Origin: Octopus sinensis
Taxonomy: Eukaryota
Length of the DNA: 64,000 nucleotides
Direction of reading: 5' to 3'
Assembly (NCBI RefSeq): GCF_006345805.1
Contig: NC_043013.1
Location: 51,212,001-51,276,000, forward strand
This document shows positions 54,383-64,000 of the stretch, one piece after another (the stretch's first letter is position 1; each line of letters starts with the position of its first letter). The notes below the pieces were generated by a model, which searched no databases, was not told where the DNA came from, and saw only the letters and a list, made by a program, of their open reading frames with translations. The translations under genes and the position numbers were made by a program.

Positions 54383-55309
54383 CTTTATATACAGACAGTT
54401 AAATAGATAGGTATGTCTGTAAACGCATTTGTTTATATAGAGGAGTGTATCTTTCGGGGTGTGTGTGTGTGTATAAATATATCTATATGCATTATTGTAT
54501 ATATACATATGGTTTTGAATCGGCAGAAGTTGCAATGTGACTCAAGTGTCGAGGGTTTCGGTCACGGCACTTCTCCAGCTGCCTTTAAATGTTAAGCGTT
54601 TGATAACTACCATGTCAGTCATATTGTAACTACTACTACCGATTAAAAATGAATTAAAAAAGATAAAATCTCTATGCTCACCTACTGAATTCTATTACTG
54701 CTTATTCTACCAAACCTGGTAGAGAGAAGTCAACGAGAACACAGATAGAGATGGTAAGAGAGTGAGAGAGAGAGAGAATGAGAAAGAAAGAGAGTGAGAG
54801 AGACATAGAGCGAGAGAAAAAGAGAGCGAATGAGATTAACTTGAGCAAAGTAGTCTCAAACATCTTTATAGAGAAGTCTTGTGTCGTTTAAGCATATTAA
54901 TTAACAGAAAGACTGGCAAAATAAATATTAGAACAGAATTCATATACGAAGCTGCTTTCATTTGCTAAATAAATATATTTTAGCCTTACTGTGAAAATAG
55001 ACCCCGTATTTAGACCGCGAGACTTATCTATATGTACTCGTTGCGTAGAATTTAATATGTAAGGAGTATGTGAGTGCATGACGTTTGTTGATTGTACTCG
55101 CCAACAGGATACGGCATGCGGCGGTACCACACTCTGTATCTGTATCTTGGTATTTGATGTCGCTGGGTTGGGTCTATCTCTGGCGGATGTTGCTTCATCA
55201 AGGATCTCACAACTGCCCAATTGTTGATTGGTCATGTTGAAGAAGTTGAAATGTTATGTTACGTAGTCATGAATACCATGAAGATATTCATCTTTTAGTT
55301 CTTTTTTTT

Positions 55310-55520
55310 TTAATCATTTACTTGATTCAATCATTTGTAAACACACCAACACCGCTTGTCAATCGGTTGGGGTGGGCAAGCACAAACACACACGTGCACA
55401 CACACACACACACACACACACATGGTTTGGTCGGTCCGAGGCTATAGAGGACACTTGCCCAGGATGTCATGTAGGGGTTTGAACACGGGACAATGTTGTT
55501 CGGAAGCCAACTGCTTTATT
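55310..55520 (-). mobile_element. SINE family A, partial
   Basis: GGTCCGAGGCTATAGAGGACACTTGCCC. Confidence 0.65.
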
Positions 55521-55659
55521 TCACAAATTTTGCCATAGAGGTATGATACAGATTAGCGTGCGGGCTAAGACATTGATGAGGATGATATTCATGGGAGAAG
55601 GCAGAAAGCGCCGGCCGATTTTCTGCTTATCTAAAACATTATTCTCTTCTTTTTTTAAT

Positions 55660-55764
55660 ACAGAAAAAGACAAAACGAGGTAATGAACCTCTTACTTCAG
55701 TTTTACAAATTTTTGGACTAATAGTCCATTTAAGAATTGGGGCTTACTACACGACCATGCCTGT
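55660..55764. repeat. 105-bp segment duplicated in inverted orientation at 53489-53593
   Basis: 103/105 identical by manual alignment. Confidence 0.95.
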
Positions 55765-55964
55765 ATCGATATTTTATAGATGCTTTCGAAAATATTCCAG
55801 CATCTCGTCCTAAAACCCTGCCGTGTCACCAAGTTTGAGGAGTTTTTAACACCAAGATGGATGCTATCTATTCGAAGATTTTCTAGAAATAAATTTTTGT
55901 GCAACATTTGTTTCTTTCGTTTCTGACGGCAGATTCCTTAATCAGAAGCAGCGAATATTTTCCC

Positions 55965-56385
55965 ATTTATCTTTTACTTGTTTCAGACATTGGTCTGCGA
56001 CCATGCTGGGGCACCGCCTTGAGAGTTTTAGCCGAACAAATCCGTCTTTTTAATTAGCTTTTTTAAAGTTTGGTGCTTTTTCTCTCGACTTATTCGTTTG
56101 CCGAACTGCTAAGCTACGAAGATGTAAACAAGTCAATACCAGTCATGAAGCGATGGGTAGGAGACAATCGTAAAAATAAAGACACAAACACACGTGTGGT
56201 GTGTGTATACTTATATGGACTTTCAGGCTGTTTCCCTCTACCAAATTCGATCACAAAGCAAGGGTCGATTTGGAGCTATAATAAAAGATACCTGGCCAAG
56301 GTGACACGTAGTGAAACTGATCCCAAAACCACATGCATGAAAAGCAATCGTCTTTGCCTCACAAGCATTCCCGATTTTATCATTT
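55965..56385 (-). mobile_element. SINE family A, old diverged copy
   Basis: Diverged tail and head. Confidence 0.7.
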
Positions 56386-56767
56386 TACGTTAACTATATT
56401 ACTTCTCTTCAGTCATGCAATAATAATTAAAACACCACGGAAATACCGTAATTAAAGCAGCAAAAAACCCACTAATTAAGTGGGTTAAGAACTTCAAAGC
56501 ATAATAATCAAAGAAGTTCGACAGAATGGGATATTAACTCGCAGTTTCTATACCCTTTCTCCAAAATCTCTTATACTTGAGTAATACCAAATCCATCGGT
56601 ATTAGCAAGACTAACTCCAATAGTATAACGAAATACTGAAAGTTGCTTTCCTTTTATGATTATTTATACTGTGTGAACAAAAACTCACTGAACGTTTCGA
56701 GGTCCCTATTTGGGCTCCCGATGTCGCAGAAATTCATGGAATTCATGTTCTTTATATCCCAGATACC

Positions 56768-56998
56768 TATTTCTTTACTACCCACAAGGCGCCAAACACA
56801 GAGGGGACGAACAGGACTGATAAACGGATTAAGTCGATTACATCGAACCAGTGCGTAACTGGTACTTATTTAATCGACCCCGAAAGGATGAAATGCAAAG
56901 TCAATCACGGCGGAATTTGAACTCAAAACGTAACGGCAGACGAAATACCGGTAAGCATTTCACCCGGCGTGCTAATGTTTCTGCCAGCTCGCCGCCTT
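56768..56998 (-). mobile_element. SINE family C, full length, with 17-bp TSD
   Basis: TTTATATCCCAGATACC at 56751-67 and 56999-57015. Confidence 0.92.
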
Positions 56999-57554
56999 TT
57001 TATATCCCAGATACCGTTAAGTAAATATTAAGCACTCACCAGAATACGATGACCTATGGACGATGTGCCAGAAGTTCTAAACAATATGAGTGGCCATTAT
57101 AGTAGCAAGATCAGGAAAGAACAAACTAGCACATTTAAGGAATTTAACGCAAGAATGGTAACCAACATGTATCTTATAAATATCAATGTTCCCAACTTTA
57201 CATTAGACTTCTGCTTTATGCACTGCATCAGTGGAACTGAACTGGTATCCATTTGACTCTTGGGGCTTCACATACGAATTTGATCTTAAAATTTATATCC
57301 AATAAACTGGTTATATTTGTACAATGCACAAAATACTTTTGACAATTTTTATATAATCCCTAATATGAAAATACGATAGGAAATTTGAAACATCGAATAG
57401 CTACAAGTAAAATAGGAACAAAAGAGGGGTCCATATGCAAGTAGGAATGAAAGGGGTCCACATGCAATAAAAAATGGTTTAGCACCACCGCACTACACCA
57501 GTAAAAGAGCAAATGATCATGTAGCGTATATGAAGACAAAACATTAGCTGTCAG

Positions 57555-57769
57555 TCTTTTCTACTCTCGGCACAAGGCCCGAATTTTTGCAGGAGGCAGC
57601 CAGTCGATTACATCGATCCCAGTATGCAACTGGTACTTAATTTATTGACCCCGAAAAGATGAAAGACAAAGTCGACCACGGCAGAATTTGAACTCTCAAC
57701 GTAACGGCAGACGAAATATGGCTACGCATTTCGCCCGGCGTGCTAACGTTTCTGCCAGCTCGCCGCCCT
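57555..57769 (-). mobile_element. SINE family C
   Basis: Full match, alternative 3' end. Confidence 0.85.
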
Positions 57770-58892
57770 TCGTGAGTCAATATTCTGCTATATTAGATAT
57801 GAAGCTCGAAATTTTGTTCTCATGCGGTCATATTAACAAATTTCTATTCAACAAAACCTAAATTGCAGACCTGATAACCAAGTGCCACTACCACGCCACC
57901 TACACATATCATTGACTCAGTAAACCCGGAAACAAGTCTATAGCGGAACGTTTCGTATGAAACTGAAACACTGCAATAATCAGTAAATTAATTATTTAAT
58001 TATATCTAGGTTCATTATATTAATAATATCAGCACCAACCGAACTTAACATTTGGTTTTCATAGTGAAGTTCTCTCTATGTGTCATTTTCCTGAGTTCTT
58101 ATTTAATATTATTGCGTCACTAAAACATCTTTGTGATTCTCAATTCCTATTTGTCTGTCAAAAAACAGATAAAGGTTATAAATCACTAATGAGGTTTAAT
58201 AAAACAAAAACAGCTCCGTATTTATCCCAGTACTGCTACAATCACATTCACTCCAAAGTTGCCAGCCCAGATTTTATTTTTAATTAATGTTGATTAATTA
58301 AAATGTTATCTCATTTGTCTCACGTAACCAAATTAAATCATTAATATAATCACTAGTTCACATCACGGCTTTAATTAAAATTAATTTCCTAAACTACATT
58401 AAGTATTCTATCACTGACCTTACATAATCTTTTGCCATCCAAGCACAGTTTGACCTTGGTAAACTTCTTCGAGACTTAATGGTACTTGTCGCTTGAACCC
58501 CACTGAACAGCCCAAGGAATTATCCCTCCCTACTCCGAATACGGCAATCAACATTTCTGTTTTACAAATTTACTCCTCCCATTATTTAGCAGCCAGCCTG
58601 TAGCTGTTTGTCCTATTCCAAGCCAAAGTAAGTGACCAAAATAAGCGACATAACCGGTGCTTTTGTTCCGTAAGTCACGAAGTTCCTTCGTTCGTTTCTT
58701 GTTGCCTCGGGAATGACTTCCGATGAGAAATTTAAAGAAGCAGCAGAGTGAATTATCAACTTCGAAAGAATGAATAAATGCTATTACAAATACTGTGTAC
58801 TTTATCTCTATGTTCATTCAGTTAGATAAGCAGCCCGAGTTGTTCTCTTCTTGTCATCATGAAAAGAAGTTTGTATATCTGAAACTGCATAT

Positions 58893-58926
<34 letters not shown>

Positions 58927-58949
58927 ATATATAATATATATATATATAT

Positions 58950-59000
<51 letters not shown>

Positions 59001-59049
59001 TAGATAGATGGATGGTTGGATGGATCGATAGATAGATAGATAGATAGAT

Positions 59050-59280
59050 AAAAACGGTAAGATAACAAAAAGAAAGAAAGAGACCTCAATATTATGTAGA
59101 TAGAGGAATTTATCCGTAAATGTAATATGTGATTATTATTCGGTAGCCAAGATAAAACACCGAGTTTCGGATGCCGAGGTGGAAATCTGATAACTGAAGA
59201 GATGGTGGCGTGGATTTCTACTTCGGCATCCGAAACTCGGAGTTTTATCTTGGCTACCGAATAATAATCACATATTACAT
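59050..59280. mobile_element. PLE-type terminus in foldback form
   Basis: Arms 59120-59187 and 59213-59280 (3 mismatches); minus-strand tail runs to (TATC)n at 59050. Confidence 0.75.
59189..59249 (+). ncRNA. Type-I HHR, canonical core
   Basis: GATAA-CTGAAGA-GATG..CATC-C-GAAA-CT-CGG-AGT-T-TTATC; helix I 5/5, helix III 3/3, GUU site. Confidence 0.75.
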
Positions 59281-59450
59281 GTGTGTATGTATATATATAT
59301 ATATATATATATACTAACAAACTGAGGAAAAGAGTTCCTTTTTGGGTTTTCAAATAATTGTTTATGTTACATAATATGTTATATTCATAGTATGTAATAT
59401 TGTAATATTATAATATAAATTATTAGATTGTCAATAGTATATAATTTATC

Positions 59451-59491
<41 letters not shown>

Positions 59492-59948
59492 GTATGTGTG
59501 TGGATGTGCTTGCGTGCGTGGGTGTGTAATGTATATACGTATATATGTGTGTGTGTATACTTATTTGTATTATATAAAACAGTCCATCGAGGAACCGATA
59601 ACAAAATGATTGGATAATTCGTTTTCAAGAGGTTGTGGTTTTATCTGCGCTGGCATTGGCAAAATCTATAAGGAGAAAAAAAAACCCACCGGAATCTGCC
59701 AACACCAACTGAAAATTCTTTAAAACTCAAATTGAAATACTCTTTCCTTAATGAACAAAATCTATATTCATCAAATCGATCAACTTTGAAATAGAAAATC
59801 AATAATTGAAGCTCATGAGGGCGCAACGCTTATAATATTGACAGGAATAAATACTACGTTCATGTGGTGAAACTATTTCCACGTGAATTACATTAACAAA
59901 GGATTTAATGAAATTGAATGAATCTAAAATGGATAGCGATACTAAATA

Positions 59949-59992
<44 letters not shown>

Positions 59993-62625
59993 TACACAGG
60001 CATATATATATATATATATGTATAAAGCTATTTAAACCGTATTACATATGTTAACAAAATCAAAGTACACACATTAAAATAAACATTCGCGTTTTATATA
60101 TCATTTCCCTGGACATGGGTTTATATTTTCTATCGGAAATGTGTGTATGAAATTATATACACACGTGTGTGGATTCATAATTAGGCGACGGAAATTCTTA
60201 AAGTACAACATACATAAATTAATATTCAGATACATGCGTATATGTGCGCAAGTATATATATATATAGTGAGAATTAGAAGATTAAATATATGTGAGTGTT
60301 TGCTTGTATATATGTGTATGTATGTGTGTGTGTGAGCCTGTTTTAAGAATTTCCGTCCAAAATATGAATCCACAAATTAATAATGAAAATTTCAATATTG
60401 CTACCATTATTTGTACAGTTCCAGCTTCACAGCTGGTCTTTTAATCTAAAATAAACTATACAACTATATTCATTATTAAATCGACCTGAATTCCGTTAAT
60501 TTCTTTCGCAGACCATTTTATGGGGGTGGAAAAGAGAAAAAAATGAAACTATATCAGCTCCCATCTCTTCCCCCCTTTTGCTTAAGTACACTGATTATTT
60601 TAAATATGTAACACGTTCTCTAGGAATGAATTAAGGAAGTTTAAATGTAGGCCTAGAAACCCATCGTCTTTCTCTGTATAAACAGGAGCCCTCGCAGCCA
60701 CTACATTGTTGGCATAACTATCGTCATAGTGGTCGGTGAAGCCGTTGCCGTCGTCATCATCGTAATCTTCACAATCATCATCAACAACGACTGCAACAAC
60801 AACATTTCTACCACTGCAACCTTGACGACCATCTTTGCATTCCATAATGTTGCTTCTCTCAAATCACGCTGCTAGAAATCACCATCTCATCCCATTCATA
60901 TTTTAGATCGATATCTATAAATGTATGTCAAATACCGTTATTGATAACATTGATCTATTAAATATTAAGAGACGAGCCATTCCATGGGTGATGGTTTCGC
61001 GATGGCATGAAGTCACAGACTACGATCATCACGACAAATGAATCTGTGAGTCTTCTGTCTATGGTTATATGGGATTCATTAATCTCATTATTTTCTCCGA
61101 GTTAATGGTTGGCTATGTTTGATGCAATAGAAATTCAATGCTGCAATTCCAGCAGGAACCAATTCTTCAACCTTTCTGAGATGGGAACGCTGTTGCGTTG
61201 GTCCGTTATATATCTAAGCTTATAGTATTAGCCGTAGAAGGGAGGCGGGACAGCATGTAAGATGGCGTTGCAATCTGGATATACGTCGGTGATTGCTGGA
61301 TAACTTCGACTGTGACATTCTCTTAACATGGAGACAGTCTTTTAAAAGTGGAGAGTAAATATGCTAATGTGCACCGTTTCCTTTGCGATACGCATTCTTG
61401 TTTCTATTGATCAGGCATTTGTGTTGTTGTGGGTTGTAATACAGCAGTAATCGAGTTTAGTGGTGGGGTTGGATGAGGGTTTACCGCCAAAGACGGCTCT
61501 TGAGTTTTGACCCTACTTTCATGCCCTTATCTGCTTAAACAGGATTATACATCAGGTCCCAAAGCACTACCCCATAAAAGAATTGTCTGGGCTGAACCAC
61601 CCTAACTTATTCTTTCACTTTGTTATACTTTAAAGGTTGGTAGCCTAGAATCGCACCCTTTAAATTTCAAACAGCTTTTATTGTCAACCCTGACTGTTCC
61701 ACTGTCGATAAATTTATAATTAGCAACGGAAATAAGCAGCTTAAATTAGCAACTTCCAATAAAGCAAGGTTTATGACATGGAACCATATTCCTAATGGAA
61801 TGGACATTGCCGTTTTAGACTTGCCTTTTGCACAGTTCTCATTACCTCATGACCAAGTTCTTCCCAGTTGTTGCTAAGCGATTCCATTCATAGTAAGAAC
61901 TACAAAAGGAATACTTGACTGTGTCCAAGATTGTGTGAACCATTCCTGGTATTCTTCCTGCCTCGGCTCTTCCTATCACTGATGTTGATACTGTTGTTGT
62001 GGTCGTCATTCAGTTCCATATTAATCTTGAATCGGCAGTTGTATGAGAAAAAAAAGATGTTCAAGCCGTGACCATCATGCAGATTCTTTACAAAGGCGTG
62101 TACGAGTGTAACTACAACTATTCTATCTAAAATACCATTCCTTTACAAAAGGAGTGGATTGAAGATTCTGTTGCTATTTCCACTTCGTTTAGCAACAACA
62201 TAGCTCTTATCTTCTTCGACTGGACAAGTAGCTCGATCTCCATCGATATCAGAAAGGTTATCACTTTTAATGGTCAGTCGCATACAATTGAAAATTGATC
62301 GCCATGTCTTGTCGAAATGCATGAAATCGGTGTGGTATAAAGTCGCCCATTTTGGGCATTATAGAATGCAATGTATCGGACAAGTTATTTTATGTTACCG
62401 TTGTAAATACATATTTATTTTAGGCGTTTAAATAAATACAAAGTATGCCATAAATTGTAAGATATCGCAATCTCCATCTAAAGCATCGCGTGAAAAATAA
62501 ATAACATTAAACTGGCTGCGTATTTAGTGTTTGGGAATTGGGTAATTTAAGATACAAAGTGTTGGTTTAATAGGTTTATTTTTAAATATGAAATACTTAA
62601 ATCAATAAGATCTGTACTTATATAC

Positions 62626-62740
62626 GTAGATATGGTTTTTCACTTACCAATATGTGGTAGATATGGTTTCCACTTACCAATATATGTAGATATGGCTTTT
62701 AGTTGTCAATGTGTGTAGATACGGTTTTTAGTTGCCAATA
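62626..62740. repeat. Minisatellite, 4 units of about 30 bp
   Basis: GTAGATATGG.TT..A.TT.CCAAT at 62626, 62657, 62686, 62715. Confidence 0.8.
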
Positions 62741-62982
62741 AAAGAGTGGCAGAACGTAAAATTTTTTAACAAATCTGCAAACTTGAGTGTATTAGACTTA
62801 CAACTACATAATATGTGACAAGTAATTGATATCATTTCTACAGCCGTTAAACAGTGGACAAATTGTAAGGTGACATTTGACCTGAGCTCAGTGTCTGGGA
62901 ACTGTGTAGGTCCTTGAAGACTTTTGCGACATATACATTTTATTGTGTCGTCAAATTTCTCGCCAAATGCTATGACGCATAT

Positions 62983-63013
<31 letters not shown>

Positions 63014-63072
63014 CGTGTGTGTGCGTACATGTGCTTGTAGGTTTGTGTGTGTGCTTATGTGTATGTGCGTGC

Positions 63073-63112
<40 letters not shown>

Positions 63113-64000
63113 CACACATACATACAGAGATGTATTCCATAGCAAATGACCTGATCTGAGGTTGTGTGCTAACACTGTAGATTTAGTTGCATTAATTACT
63201 ATCGAGGGAATTAGGTTGTGAGATTTACAAATGGTCAGAACGATGGTATGCAATCCTAAAAGCCGAAAGAGTAGGGATGGTACGTTTCTCCCCCAACAGC
63301 TCTGCGTTATTTACTGCAAATGTACTTACACATCTTGTACCGTACCATATTGCTGTATAAAGTCTGACCTGTCGGATGACCCCCATGCATTTTTCTGTAA
63401 ATAAGTACGACGCAAATATGTGAATCATTCTTGAAAAAAGAAAAGAGCCTTTGTATTTTAGAGTAACGTTTTACTAGCTTGTGGCGCTGATAGGATTTGT
63501 CCCATGAGCTTAAATAAAGGAAGTGCATGTTTATTTAGAAGCTTCTTTGTTAATGCCTTATTCACTAGCCAGGGTGAAAATATAGCGATTCAACCTAGGC
63601 TTCAGGTTAAAGATTTTTATCAAACAGATTTCCAGTTGATAAAGTCATACTTTCTCGATGCAAATATGGAATATCCCAGTATTCTTGTCTTTGGTAAACA
63701 ACAAATAAGAAAATACAAGTCTACTACAATGCTATGCTTCGAGAAAATCAATAACTTTGTTGCCGTACATACTCTATGGTGACACCGAGAAGAGCCTCTG
63801 TGCAAGTCAAACAGACTAAATGCCACACATTTTTGTATTTTATATTTATCTATCTACCTACCTACCCATCCATCCATCCACCTACCTACCTATCTGATTA
63901 TTCTATCTTTCCATGTAGTGTGTGTGTAAGTGTGTGTTTACAGGTTGCAGTGAATAAACTGTCATCTAAATTACGCAAAAATGAAAAAAAAAAAAAAACA

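Noticed and set aside
55150-55235. EILDEATSARD, resembling an ABC transporter Walker B/D-loop
   Set aside because: No signature motif or H-loop context, the conserved Leu is missing, and there are no convincing splice sites; treated as chance
56688-56729. HHR-like CTC-GAAAC-GTT-CAG on minus with a CCC/GGG stem
   Set aside because: The 5' core (CGACATCG) cannot be fitted to CUGAnGA and no PLE-type tail is evident
57935-57990. GAAACGTT with upstream CTGATTA on minus
   Set aside because: No helix I or helix II pairing
63230-63800. Faint resemblance to a tyrosine recombinase
   Set aside because: Catalytic R/HxxR/Y residues not found; many stops

Overview
AT-rich eukaryotic non-coding DNA, saturated with microsatellites and repeats. 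The SINE families look like those of octopus (coleoid cephalopod); this is recognition from memory, not a database result. No host protein-coding exon, rRNA, true tRNA or CRISPR array is supportable, and almost all ORFs in the track are (TA)n/(CA)n/(TATC)n artefacts. Supported content: about 45 copies of four tRNA-derived SINE families (called A-D here); a 5'-truncated Penelope-like element (PLE, Neptune-type) whose RT-thumb/GIY-YIG frame is still open over about 230 codons; at least eight short PLE-type termini; Tc1/mariner relics (a TIR-complete DD38D-spaced element, a mariner that captured local DNA, a Tc1 scrap); three Tigger/pogo-like MITEs; a non-autonomous Helitron; and RTE-like LINE scraps. 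The most interesting layer is a set of type-I hammerhead ribozyme (HHR) folds from about six unrelated PLE-terminus families. Some cores are canonical and others carry unusual changes (G3:C8 swap, U4C, CUGUUGA). Several lie in or beside near-perfect foldback palindromes inserted into (TA)n tracts. SINE boundaries are approximate (about 10-20 bp).
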